DNA from: Bacteroidota bacterium
GTDB taxonomy: Bacteria; Bacteroidota; Bacteroidia; NS11-12g; UBA955
Assembly (NCBI GenBank): GCA_039796915.1
Contig: JBDKIU010000009.1
Coordinates: forward strand, 1 to 45,370
Direction of reading: 5' to 3'
DNA: 45,370 bases
Shown: one piece after another, positions 17,636 to 27,315 of the stretch
Layout: each line of letters opens with the position of its first letter
How positions within the stretch are numbered: position 1 is the first letter of the stretch
Program-made: the position numbers and the translations under genes
Notes under the pieces: generated by a model
Databases searched by the model: none
Seen by the model: only the letters and a program-made list of their open reading frames with translations
Told to the model about the DNA's origin: nothing

Positions 17636-18138
17636 AGAACAGTGCTTATGCCCGGCCGGTAGTGGTGCTTTTGGGTGCCAACCAAAACAACCCGGAATTC
17701 CAGATTGACAAAGCCATTGCGCTGTTGCAAGCTACTTGTGGGACGGTGGTTCGCCGTTCATCCTTGTTCCGCAGCAGTCCCTGGGGATATACGGAACAAG
17801 CTGATTTCCTGAATCAGGCGGTTTTGCTGCTTACGCCCTTGCCACCTCTGGCCTTGCTGCAGCGGATGCAAGGTATTGAACAGCGCATGGGCCGCATCCG
17901 GGAAATACCGCTTGGACCGAGAATTATTGACCTGGACATCCTGGCGTATGGCCAAAAGTGGATGCAGCATCCCCGACTTGAAATTCCCCACCGCCACCTT
18001 GCCCAGCGTCGCTTTGCGCTACTGCCTTTTGCGGAAATCTGGAGGAATTGGAAGCACCCCGCGCTGGACTCAGACGTGGAAACATTGCTGAAGAAATGCA
18101 CGGACACAGGAAAAGTAAGCTTATGGCGGAATTCATAA
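17614..18138 (+). CDS. folK: 2-amino-4-hydroxy-6-hydroxymethyldihydropteridine diphosphokinase
   Basis: LGANQNNP, SSLFRSSPWGY, FLNQAV, GPRIIDLDIL and IPHRHLAQRRFALLP are HPPK signatures. Confidence 0.9.
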   Translation: MGVLPKIKNSAYARPVVVLLGANQNNPEFQIDKAIALLQATCGTVVRRSSLFRSSPWGYTEQADFLNQAVLLLTPLPPLALLQRMQGIEQRMGRIREIPLGPRIIDLDILAYGQKWMQHPRLEIPHRHLAQRRFALLPFAEIWRNWKHPALDSDVETLLKKCTDTGKVSLWRNS

Positions 18139-18689
18139 ACCCTCCATGGTTTCCTTCCATCAGCTGGTTCAGGCATTACCTGAAAGCTCAGGATGCAGTG
18201 CTCACACCTTTGCTGAATCATGCATACCCGGTACAGAAAACCATCATCCGCGGACCCAACGGTTTGCAGGAATTGAGCATTCCCCTTCAAAAAGGGCCCA
18301 GGTACGACATGCGTGACATCAAACCCCTGAACAGCCTTAAATGGGCCAAGGAATGTCGGCAAGCCATCAAAACAGCTTACGGAAACGCGGCGTTTTTTGA
18401 ATATTACGACTACCTCCTGGAACCTTTGTTCTTCCAAAGCTATACCGACCTGTTCACCTGCAACCTCGAAGCACTGAAACTGATCTGTTCCTGGCTTAAA
18501 CTGCCCGAACCCATCAGCCGGGAAGGCTTGCCGGAATCCAAAGCTTCAACAGCCAAGGCCATCGCAGTGGAAGATTACGGGCAATACTTCACAGAGCGCT
18601 ATCCATTCACCTCAGATGTAGGCGTTTTGGACGTGCTGTTTCATTGCGGACCGCTGGGAGGCTTGCTCCTTTCGGGTCAGGAATTATAA
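18123..18689 (+). CDS. WbqC family protein
   Basis: MAEFINPPWFPSISWF... and ...IRGPNGLQELSIPL resemble the WbqC-like family. I took the start at ATG 18123, which overlaps folK by 16 nt. Confidence 0.6.
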   Translation: MAEFINPPWFPSISWFRHYLKAQDAVLTPLLNHAYPVQKTIIRGPNGLQELSIPLQKGPRYDMRDIKPLNSLKWAKECRQAIKTAYGNAAFFEYYDYLLEPLFFQSYTDLFTCNLEALKLICSWLKLPEPISREGLPESKASTAKAIAVEDYGQYFTERYPFTSDVGVLDVLFHCGPLGGLLLSGQEL

Positions 18690-18693
18690 GGCT

Positions 18694-19653
18694 TCAGCCT
18701 TCCACATAAACACCCATGCCGCCGAATTTCTCTACGCGGGTGTTTACCAATGCTTCCGGAGTCATGGCCTTCAGTACCTTCAGCTGACTAAGAATTTCTT
18801 CTTTCACTGCCTGATACGCAGCCTCAGGATTGTTGTGCGCACCACCCAAAGGCTCGCGGATGATTCCATCGATGAGTTTATTACCCAGCATATCTTCTGC
18901 GGAAAGTTTCAGCGCTTCGGCTGCTTTTTCCTTGAACTCCCAGCTTCTCCAAAGGATGGAAGAACAACTTTCCGGAGAAATCACAGAATACCAGGTGTAT
19001 TCCATCATGAGCACTTTATCGCCCACACCAATGCCCAAAGCGCCGCCGGAAGCGCCTTCACCAATGACAATACAAATCACTGGAACCTTCAACACGGCCA
19101 TTTCCAACAGATTTCGTGCGATGGCTTCACCTTGTCCGCGCTCTTCAGCCTCCAGTCCCGGAGAAGCGCCCGGAGTGTCAATAAACGTGATGACAGGTCG
19201 GTTGAACTTCTCTGCAAGTTTCATCAGCCGCAGCGCCTTGCGGTATCCTTCAGGATTCGGCATTCCGAAATTGCGGAACTGTCGTTGCTTGGTATTTCTG
19301 CCTTTTTGATGACCAATGATCATCACAGATTCACCTTCAATGGTGGCAAAACCACCAACAATGGCTTTGTCGTCTTTTACATTCCTGTCTCCGTGCAGTT
19401 CAATAAAGTCGGCGGTAATATGCTCGATGTAATCAAGGGTGTACGGACGTTCGGGGTGGCGACTGATTTGAACCTTTTGCCAGCCGTTCAGGTGTGCGTA
19501 GATCTCCTTTTTGGTTGATTCGATTTTACCTTCGAGCTGGGCCATGAGTTCACTCATATCCACCTTGCCCTTTTCGTGGGTTTCACGGGCTTTATCCAAC
19601 TGCTCCTGCAATTCCTGCAGGGGTTTTTCGAAGTCAAAATATGTTCCGGCCAT
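18694..19653 (-). CDS. accA: Acetyl-CoA carboxylase carboxyltransferase subunit alpha
   Basis: [38 protein letters not shown] and SVISPE are AccA motifs. I took the start at [11 protein letters not shown] (19653). Confidence 0.93.
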   Translation of the reverse strand: MAGTYFDFEKPLQELQEQLDKARETHEKGKVDMSELMAQLEGKIESTKKEIYAHLNGWQKVQISRHPERPYTLDYIEHITADFIELHGDRNVKDDKAIVGGFATIEGESVMIIGHQKGRNTKQRQFRNFGMPNPEGYRKALRLMKLAEKFNRPVITFIDTPGASPGLEAEERGQGEAIARNLLEMAVLKVPVICIVIGEGASGGALGIGVGDKVLMMEYTWYSVISPESCSSILWRSWEFKEKAAEALKLSAEDMLGNKLIDGIIREPLGGAHNNPEAAYQAVKEEILSQLKVLKAMTPEALVNTRVEKFGGMGVYVEG

Positions 19654-19725
19654 AAAATCGGGAGTGCAAAGAAAGGGTATTTTCAATAATAGCCGTGTTT
19701 GCAGCCAATGCGGTTAATTTGCATC

Positions 19726-20172
19726 ATGAACCTGACAGAACGCGTGAATGAAGACCTGAAAACAGCCATGAAGGCCCGCGACGAAGTAAGAATCCGTTCC
19801 CTGCGCAGCATCAAAAGTGCATTTCTGTTGCTTCAAACAGCAGAGGGCCAGGCACCGGTAACCGATGAAGCCTGCCTCAAGGCCTTACAAAAACTGGCCA
19901 AGCAGCGTCGCGATTCTTTGGAACAATTCCGCAATGCGGGTCGTGAAGACCTGGCTTCCAAAGAGCAGGAAGAACTGGAGGTGCTGGAAAGCTATCTTCC
20001 AGCGCAGATGGACGAGGCCGCCTTGCGCGCGGAAATCGCTGCATTGATTGCCAGAGAAGGTGCTCAGGGACCGAAAGACCTCGGCAAGGTGATGCCGTTG
20101 GCGATGAAAGCTTTTGGATCGGTAGCGGAAGGCAAGCTGATTTCCGCCCTCGTGAAGGAATTACTGGGCTGA
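19726..20172 (+). CDS. GatB/YqeY domain-containing protein
   Basis: 148 aa. MNLTERVNEDLKTAMKARD...LRSIKSA...YLP matches the YqeY family. Confidence 0.85.
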   Translation: MNLTERVNEDLKTAMKARDEVRIRSLRSIKSAFLLLQTAEGQAPVTDEACLKALQKLAKQRRDSLEQFRNAGREDLASKEQEELEVLESYLPAQMDEAALRAEIAALIAREGAQGPKDLGKVMPLAMKAFGSVAEGKLISALVKELLG

Positions 20173-20180
20173 GTCCTGCT

Positions 20181-22988
20181 TTATTCCACCAGCAAACGAC
20201 GGCTGTACACACCTGCTGCTGCGTTGATTTGCAGCACATAAACACCTGGTTTCAGCCCTTGCAGGGACAATTCCACGCGACCACCCGGAACGGTTTCCTG
20301 CCTTAACTGCTTTCCGCTGATGTCAAAGAGCGCGGCAGTGAACGGGCCCTGACTTCCTTCCACAAAAACCACGCGGCTGGCGGGATTGGGATAACAGCGG
20401 AAACCTGCAGCTTCAAGATCTTGCACGTCGGTGCTGCTGGCTGATTTCCAATAGAACGGATGAGCCACGCGCTTACTGGTGAACACTTTGTAAGCACCGG
20501 CCTGAAGCGCAATAGCTCCATTTTTGTTGCTTACTTCAATACTGTCGCCACTCAGATAATCGTACCAGCGACCGGTGAAGGGAAAGTTCGGATCTGCACT
20601 TCCTGCTGCCATTCCGAAATTGCTGATTACCACCACATTCTGGTCGGGATGCCACAGATTCAGCCGCTTGTACTGTCCGGCCGCATTGAGGTCGTAATCA
20701 ACCGGAAAGGCAACGGCATCAAAGGTTTTCAGGTAATTGAGCGCAGCCATCACGTAATACAGCTTGCGACGGTTGGTATCGTTCCAATAATCCCAGCGAA
20801 CGGGTTTTACATCCAGGCGGCAATTGGGACTTTCTGATCCGTTGCTGCAATGGTTGATGGAATAATCATAGCCCAATTCGCCGAATTGCCAGATCATTTT
20901 CGGGCCGGGCACAGGCAGAAACAGGCATGAAGCCATCGCAACCCTGTTCAGTCCAACCGGCAGATTCTGAATGATGTATGCACCTGAGGAGTTGCCAAAT
21001 TTCTTGTTTTTGTACATCAGCCGTTCTTCGTCGTGGCTTTCCATATAACCCACGATACCATGTTGGTTGAATCCGCGGTGTTCGCGGCTGATGGACCAGC
21101 CGAAATCAGAACTTCCCAGGAAGCCCATGGCAGCTTCGCTGAAGGGTGCGTTTCCATTTCCCCAGGTCATAAACCCGTAGTCGTTGAGTTCTTTCTCTTC
21201 GCTGTTGTCGGCAAAGTGTTCCAGGATGAGGTGAATATTTGGATCAACCGCGCGGATCTGATCGGCCATGCGCTTCAGCAAGCCGATTCGCGAAGCATCA
21301 TAACGGCCCCATGCGGCCACATCACTCCCGGAGTTCACCTGTGTAAACCCTTTTGACAAGTCGAAGCGGAATCCATCAACCTTAAACTCCTGAACCCAAT
21401 ACTTCAGAATGCGATCCATCCAATATTGGGTGGCACGGCTTTCGTGGTTCATATCGTAACCCACGTTAAATGGATGACGGGCATCCGGATTCACCCAGGG
21501 ATTGTTGCTTGCAGGTTTGAAGGCAGCGCTGTTCCAATACAGCTGGCATAAAGGACTCTGGCTGAACGCATGATTAAACACCACATCCAGGATGATGGCA
21601 ATTCCTTCTTTATGCGCGGCATCAATCAGCGCTTTTAAATCTTCCGGCCTTCCGTAGTATTTATCTACCGCCATGTGAAAGGAAGGATTGTAACCCCAGC
21701 TGATGTTCCCTTCAAACTCATTCACCGGCATCAGCTTAATGGCGTTGATACCGAGACGCTTCAGGTAAGCAAGGCTGTCCTGAACAAACTTGAAGCTGTG
21801 TGCTGCGGAGAAATCGCGCAGCAGCAACTCATAAATGATCAGGTTTTCCTTTTTGGGTCTGCGGAAGTTTTGTGCTGTCCAGTTGAAAGCCTTTTTTCCC
21901 GGAGTCATCACACCTACAGCGTTGGTGGTTTTTCCCTTGGGATAAGGTTTCAGGTTGGGAAAAGTTGCTGCGGATATGAAGGCATCGTCATATTCGTTCA
22001 GCACCAGTTCACTGAACGGATCAGCCACACGTATTTTGCCATCTACCCAATATTGAAATCCAACTTCCTTGCCGGGCGTAAGGTTTGGAATATCCACCCA
22101 CCACAAGGATTGCGAAGGACTGTATTGCATAAAATAAGCCGTATCGGGTTCCCAGTTGCTGAAATCACCGATGGCGTAAATGAAACTCTTGTTGGGTGCA
22201 AACAGCACCAAACGCACTTTATCATTCGCTACATAATTTACGCCCTGATGGTAAGAAGCATCGAGGATACCATTTTTCACGCTTGGGTTCACCACAAAAT
22301 ACTGTGTGTCTGAAGCGTTGAGGGTTCCATCTGTTGCATGAAAAATCAGGGAATGTCTTCCCGCGCCAAGGGCGTTTACCAGATATTGCAGACTGTCGGC
22401 ATTGCTCTTGCTGCGCACATCCACGCCATCCAGCAGCAGGCGGACGTTGCAGTTTTTTGAAGCCCAGGCTTCCACCAGAAAACTCGTTCCGGTAGTGCGA
22501 AGCGTCAGCTTTGTTTCTGGGTTCACTATGCGGGCAAACAGTCCTGAACTGAAAACGGGTGTATAAATGTCTTTCCCTTCGGCCGTTCTGCCAACAGTAT
22601 TGCCACTTTGGTCGCGAAACACAAACGCCATGCTCAGGATTTGCTCTCCCGCCTGAAAGGTTCCGGCCTGGGAATAAAAATTCTTCATGTGGAAGCGGAT
22701 GCGGTGTTTGTTATTGCCCAGGTTTTGCATCTGTACACGTGCATCTGCTGTTCCCCAATTGCCCACCACATAACGCCAGTCTGCGCTGCTGGTGCTGCGT
22801 GACGTGATTACGCCTGTATGCGCATAGAGTTGCGTTACGCCCGTAAGCGCCGCATTTCCCTGGGTGGCGTCATAGATGATGGTTACCGTATCCTGTTCTT
22901 TTGGAAAAACGGGTGTGACACTGAGAATTTGTGCCTCCGCTTTCAGGGCGGCGAGGATGGCAATGAAGCATAAAGCTGTTCTGAACAT
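20181..22988 (-). CDS. GH13 alpha-amylase-family glycoside hydrolase with N-terminal beta-sandwich modules and a T9SS type-A C-terminal sorting domain
   Basis: Signal peptide: MFRTALCFIAILAALKAEA/Q. GH13 regions: DVVFNHA, VDGFRFDLSKG, LILEHF, YMESHDEERL. C-terminal domain: YPNPASRVVFVE...GVYVLQI...RRLLVE. Confidence 0.88.
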   Translation of the reverse strand: MFRTALCFIAILAALKAEAQILSVTPVFPKEQDTVTIIYDATQGNAALTGVTQLYAHTGVITSRSTSSADWRYVVGNWGTADARVQMQNLGNNKHRIRFHMKNFYSQAGTFQAGEQILSMAFVFRDQSGNTVGRTAEGKDIYTPVFSSGLFARIVNPETKLTLRTTGTSFLVEAWASKNCNVRLLLDGVDVRSKSNADSLQYLVNALGAGRHSLIFHATDGTLNASDTQYFVVNPSVKNGILDASYHQGVNYVANDKVRLVLFAPNKSFIYAIGDFSNWEPDTAYFMQYSPSQSLWWVDIPNLTPGKEVGFQYWVDGKIRVADPFSELVLNEYDDAFISAATFPNLKPYPKGKTTNAVGVMTPGKKAFNWTAQNFRRPKKENLIIYELLLRDFSAAHSFKFVQDSLAYLKRLGINAIKLMPVNEFEGNISWGYNPSFHMAVDKYYGRPEDLKALIDAAHKEGIAIILDVVFNHAFSQSPLCQLYWNSAAFKPASNNPWVNPDARHPFNVGYDMNHESRATQYWMDRILKYWVQEFKVDGFRFDLSKGFTQVNSGSDVAAWGRYDASRIGLLKRMADQIRAVDPNIHLILEHFADNSEEKELNDYGFMTWGNGNAPFSEAAMGFLGSSDFGWSISREHRGFNQHGIVGYMESHDEERLMYKNKKFGNSSGAYIIQNLPVGLNRVAMASCLFLPVPGPKMIWQFGELGYDYSINHCSNGSESPNCRLDVKPVRWDYWNDTNRRKLYYVMAALNYLKTFDAVAFPVDYDLNAAGQYKRLNLWHPDQNVVVISNFGMAAGSADPNFPFTGRWYDYLSGDSIEVSNKNGAIALQAGAYKVFTSKRVAHPFYWKSASSTDVQDLEAAGFRCYPNPASRVVFVEGSQGPFTAALFDISGKQLRQETVPGGRVELSLQGLKPGVYVLQINAAAGVYSRRLLVE

Positions 22989-23067
22989 GGCTAAGGGTAA
23001 AAGTGAAATTACACAAAACACCCCGGGTTTTTCGGGCCCGGGGTGCAATGTCTGACATTAAAATTTT

Positions 23068-24438
23068 TTATTCAACCACCAGTTTCACGCTGGCGGTGCG
23101 GCCTGCCTGATCGGTGATGTTCACCAGGTACAAACCTGAGCTGAGTGTTTGCTTCATGTTGAAGCTGCGTGCATGGATGGCGCTGAAGCTGCGGATGCTG
23201 CGACCAGCAAGATCCAATACCTGAACACCGGCGATATTTCCTTCATTCAAGGAAACTTCAAACTGACCTTTGCCTGGGTTCGGGAATACACGGAAGCTGC
23301 CTGCGGGCAACTCGGTAGTGCTGAATCCACCGGAAATAGCACAACGGTTCCACATATACATTGGAAGCACAGACGCAGAAGTTTTTCCGCGCAGGTCGAG
23401 GGTGCGGTTAAATCCGCCCAAACCGTTTGGAACGCCACAGCCGGTAGCTTCGAAGTTCCAGTTTTCACCACGGCTGTCGTCGGCATTACCTTTACCATTG
23501 TAGTATTTGTACTGGTAGTTGCCGGCGTAAATTTTCACAGTTTTGCTGTAAGTCTTGGTAGTTCCTACACGATCCAGCTTTACGGTGTCCTTATTCCAGT
23601 TTCCGAGTGGGTTTTGCAGGAATGCAAGGAAGTTACCAGAAACGTAAACGCCTTCGCTGTTTACGATGGTATCGCTCATATCCACATTGAAGGTAAGGTC
23701 AATCAGGGCACCGAGTTTAGCCATGCTGTACACGGTATCACCGGTCACTGCGCCGTTGCTGCCCATGGTCAGGGTGCGGTTAGGACCCTGGATGATCCAG
23801 CTTCCCTTGTCGGTAGCGCCCCATTCCCAAGAGCCTTCTTTCACGTTATAGATTGCAGTGAACACGCCGTCGCCGGCAGTTTTGTCGCCATTGGTGCCAT
23901 CGTCATAAGCAGCGAAATCGCTCCAGCCACTCATTGAGCCTTTGAAGGCAACGCTGGTGAGTTTGTGTGTGGCAACAGAAGCATTGCTGTCCACAACCAT
24001 AAAGGTCACATTGCGCTTGTACTGAGTAGCAGGGCAAGGACCGCAGCTGTTGAAACAAACCACGCTGATTACGGTGTCATTGGAACCGGTTTTGATTTCG
24101 CGGTTTCCGCCACCATTGGTGCAGGCTGCAGGAGGACCTTCCCATCCGCCGGAACCGTCGAAGTTCACAAACTTGTACTGGTAGGTGCTGTTTGCCTTCA
24201 GAGAAACCTGCAAGGTATAAACAGTTCCGGAACCACCATTTGAAGCCTGAGCGGCTGCATCACCCGGAGTCCAGTTGTTCGCCATGCCGGCATCCTGCTG
24301 ATAATCCCCGGCCACACGAAGACCCTGAGACGCAACAGTTTCGTTTTTCATGTCCACCTGAAAGGTGACTTTAACGGTCTGGGCGAATGCCGAACCGGCA
24401 AACATCAGACCCAGTGCACTCATGTAAATTTTTTTCAT
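23068..24438 (-). CDS. Secreted multi-CBM-like (putative glycan/starch-binding) protein with a T9SS type-A sorting domain
   Basis: Signal peptide: MKKIYMSALGLMFAGSAFA/Q. There are three beta-sandwich modules. Two have the V(T)FxVDM ... G.F/W ... Y.YKF pattern common in starch-binding CBMs. C-terminal domain: FPNPGKGQFEVS...GLYLVNI...VKLVVE. Confidence 0.7.
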   Translation of the reverse strand: MKKIYMSALGLMFAGSAFAQTVKVTFQVDMKNETVASQGLRVAGDYQQDAGMANNWTPGDAAAQASNGGSGTVYTLQVSLKANSTYQYKFVNFDGSGGWEGPPAACTNGGGNREIKTGSNDTVISVVCFNSCGPCPATQYKRNVTFMVVDSNASVATHKLTSVAFKGSMSGWSDFAAYDDGTNGDKTAGDGVFTAIYNVKEGSWEWGATDKGSWIIQGPNRTLTMGSNGAVTGDTVYSMAKLGALIDLTFNVDMSDTIVNSEGVYVSGNFLAFLQNPLGNWNKDTVKLDRVGTTKTYSKTVKIYAGNYQYKYYNGKGNADDSRGENWNFEATGCGVPNGLGGFNRTLDLRGKTSASVLPMYMWNRCAISGGFSTTELPAGSFRVFPNPGKGQFEVSLNEGNIAGVQVLDLAGRSIRSFSAIHARSFNMKQTLSSGLYLVNITDQAGRTASVKLVVE

Positions 24439-24567
24439 GATGATATTTCTTGGATTCAGGGGTCGAATATAATTCTTAAGTGTCAAATGTACACTTACTC
24501 CGAACATGAAGATTTGAACAACAGATAAAGCCTGTTTCAACAAATCATCAAACTTTTACAGCGTGTA

Positions 24568-26439
24568 TTATTTCTTCTTGCCCGACTGTTTCCTGGCCTG
24601 AAGTTCACGCTGCTGCTTCATCATGTCTTCCATTCTTTTCTGGAAGCCGGATTTTGAGGCTGCTGGTTTTTTCCGGTTGGCTTCCATCTGGGCATGAAGT
24701 TTCTTCTCATCCACCATAGATTTAAACAACCACTGCTGACCCATTCCCACCATATTGCTCACGAAATAATAGTAGTTCAAACCGGCCGCATAGCTATTCA
24801 ACACGCCCATGAAGATGACAGGCATTACGTAACCCAACCATTTCATCTGTCCTGTAACTCCGGTAAGTTGGTTGTTGATGTATGTAGTGGCCAGCGTGGA
24901 CAAGGTCATCAGCAGGGTAAACAAGCTGATATGGCTTCCGTAGCCTGGAAGGTGAAATCCTCCGGGGAAATTATAAATGCTGTCGAACTGAGAAAGGTCA
25001 TGTGCCCAGAGGAATGCCTTTTGCCTCAATTCAAAGCTCGACGGGAAAAACTGGAACAGCGCAATCAGCACCGGCATTTGCAGCAACAGCGGGAAACAGC
25101 CACTCATCGGACTCACACCTGCTTTCCGATACAGCGCCATGCTTTCAATCTGACTCTTTTGAAGATCGCCGTTATACTTTTCCTTGATGGCATCAAGCTC
25201 GGGCTTGAGCAAACGCATCTTGGCGGTAGATTTATAACTTTTAAATACCAGCGGCAACAGCAAGATTCTGATGATGAAGGTGAGCAACAAGATGATGATG
25301 CCGTAATTTCCAATATAGTCATCCAGGAAGTTAAATACCGGAATAACAATATATCGATTCACCCAGCGGAAGATACCCCAACCCAGCGGAATGATGCGGT
25401 GTAGTTCCAAATCATCAGCGGTCCCAACGTCTACTTTATTCAGTGTCTGGAAATGGTTGGGGCCAAAGAAGAAATTCATGGCAAACTTCTTATTTGCCGC
25501 CAAATCATAAGGCAGATACAACTCTGCACGCATGGTTTTTACCAGCTGGTCATTGTTTCCTTTAATTTCTTGCGTGGAAAGTCGTGCATCCTTGTCAAAA
25601 TGGTCCTTGGCAATGAGCGTACTATTAAAGAATTGTTGCTTGAAGGATACCCATTGCAAACGGGCCTTAAGCTCCTTTTCTTCATAACTCATCTCGCTGA
25701 TGTATTCAGGGCTTTCCTCAGGCAAACGGTAGTAAATCGTACTGGTTTCACGTTCGCGCTGGATGTCGCGCTCCTGCTTCAGCAGGGTGCTTTCCCAAAC
25801 CAGCTTCAGGTCGGGGCGGTTCTTCAAAACCACCACGTGCATGCTGTCCAGTTCAAGTGAGTAATCTACCAGGTAATCACCTTTTGCCAGACGATAATGC
25901 TGCAAAACACTGCTTCCCTGTCCGTCGCTCAGGCGGAAGCTGATGGCTTCTTTGCTCTGGTTTACAATTTCCCAGAAACACTTATCAGTGCGCAGGCTGC
26001 CGTTATTGGTAAAGAACTCGTAGTAAAAGCTGCTGTGGTTCTGATCGAACAACACCAGGGACGAACTGTCGCTGCGACGAAATTCCTTCAGTCTTACCGA
26101 GCTGATCCTGCCACCCTTATTCGAGAGGGTAACGGCGAGCTTGTCGTTTTCAATCACAAAGCTTTGTTCTTTGCCTTCGAGGGCTGAAGCAAAGCCACCC
26201 AATTCGCGGCGCAGGGCTGCAGTATCAGGAGCTGCAGAAACCGGAGCTGCAGTATTGGCTTTTTTCAGGGTGTCGGCCTGTGCTGCTGCTGCTTTGGCTT
26301 TAGCCGATTCCACACGTTCAATGGAATCCCTGCGGCGTTGTTGGGAAGCCAGTTCGGCTTCACTGGGACGGGTAAACCAGTAATAACCAATCAGGATGAG
26401 GAAGATGAGGCCGAAGCCTACCAGTGAATTACGGTCCAT
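24568..26439 (-). CDS. yidC: Membrane protein insertase YidC
   Basis: 623 aa with an N-terminal TM, a large periplasmic P1 domain and a conserved 5-TM core (NYGIIILLLTFIIRILL.P, CFPLLLQMPVLIALF). It ends in a basic C-terminal tail. Confidence 0.92.
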   Translation of the reverse strand: MDRNSLVGFGLIFLILIGYYWFTRPSEAELASQQRRRDSIERVESAKAKAAAAQADTLKKANTAAPVSAAPDTAALRRELGGFASALEGKEQSFVIENDKLAVTLSNKGGRISSVRLKEFRRSDSSSLVLFDQNHSSFYYEFFTNNGSLRTDKCFWEIVNQSKEAISFRLSDGQGSSVLQHYRLAKGDYLVDYSLELDSMHVVVLKNRPDLKLVWESTLLKQERDIQRERETSTIYYRLPEESPEYISEMSYEEKELKARLQWVSFKQQFFNSTLIAKDHFDKDARLSTQEIKGNNDQLVKTMRAELYLPYDLAANKKFAMNFFFGPNHFQTLNKVDVGTADDLELHRIIPLGWGIFRWVNRYIVIPVFNFLDDYIGNYGIIILLLTFIIRILLLPLVFKSYKSTAKMRLLKPELDAIKEKYNGDLQKSQIESMALYRKAGVSPMSGCFPLLLQMPVLIALFQFFPSSFELRQKAFLWAHDLSQFDSIYNFPGGFHLPGYGSHISLFTLLMTLSTLATTYINNQLTGVTGQMKWLGYVMPVIFMGVLNSYAAGLNYYYFVSNMVGMGQQWLFKSMVDEKKLHAQMEANRKKPAASKSGFQKRMEDMMKQQRELQARKQSGKKK

Positions 26440-26517
26440 GACTCGGCTGCAAAGCTAAATCTGAACAGCCACGCGCACAAACGCTGTCATGGGTTTCAGC
26501 CGGCTTCCCGAAACAGT

Positions 26518-27315
26518 TTAACGGCGATACTTCGAACGACGGTAGGCCGAACTCCGGCGACTGTAGCTTTTTCTGTAGGCAGAGGGCGGAGGAGCGGGCA
26601 TCTCAAAAAGGTCCTTGTTCACCACCATAAATTCATCGTGCAACTCGCCACTGTCCAGATTCAGAATCTTTTGCGGGTCAAAGGGAATTCCCATAAACCG
26701 GGTCTCGAAGTGCAGGTGTGACCCTGTGGAATGTCCGGTATTTCCACCAAGCCCAAGCACCTGTCCAGCGTAAATCATGGCACCGGGACGAACCAAACGC
26801 TGCGACAAATGTCCGTACAAGGTTTCAAGTCCGTTGTGGTGACGCACCACCACTACATGGCCGTAGCCACTGTGGTAGCCGCTTACACGAACCACACCGT
26901 CGAACATATTGCGCACGGTATCACCGGTTTCCAGGTCAAAATCCAAACCTTTATGCTGCCGGCCCCAACGATATCCAAATTTGGAAGTCATGGCCATGCC
27001 TGAAAGTGGAAGCGCGAAACCGCAATCCATGTGCAGGATATGCACATCCAGACTGTCGGGCAAAGACGCCACATCGAGTTTATACGGATTGATGCTCAGC
27101 GTATCCCAATAAGCATACATATCCCAAAACGGGAAACCCGGATGCGGATATACCGGCGGATCGGGATGCACCTGAAGCAACATCCGGTCTGCATCACCGG
27201 GAACATTAAAGCTGCCGGCTGCTACCAGCGCATGTTGCGCCAGAAACAAAAAGGCAAACGCAGACAATACGTTATAGATGAGCGAGTGCTTCAATGGATT
27301 GTTTTTGGTCTTCAT
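26518..27315 (-). CDS. M23 family metallopeptidase
   Basis: HKGLDFD, GYGHVVVVRHHNGLETLYGHL and GNTGHSTGSHLHFE are LytM-type motifs. It has an N-terminal signal/anchor and a basic RR-rich tail. Confidence 0.88.
   Translation of the reverse strand: MKTKNNPLKHSLIYNVLSAFAFLFLAQHALVAAGSFNVPGDADRMLLQVHPDPPVYPHPGFPFWDMYAYWDTLSINPYKLDVASLPDSLDVHILHMDCGFALPLSGMAMTSKFGYRWGRQHKGLDFDLETGDTVRNMFDGVVRVSGYHSGYGHVVVVRHHNGLETLYGHLSQRLVRPGAMIYAGQVLGLGGNTGHSTGSHLHFETRFMGIPFDPQKILNLDSGELHDEFMVVNKDLFEMPAPPPSAYRKSYSRRSSAYRRSKYRR

Noticed and set aside
18835-19518. 227-aa and 159-aa ORFs antisense to accA
   Set aside because: accA on the minus strand is unambiguous, so these are shadow ORFs.
23149-25404. 262-aa and 236-aa ORFs antisense to the T9SS CBM protein and yidC
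   Set aside because: The sense genes have signal peptides, sorting domains and YidC core motifs. The antisense ORFs have none.
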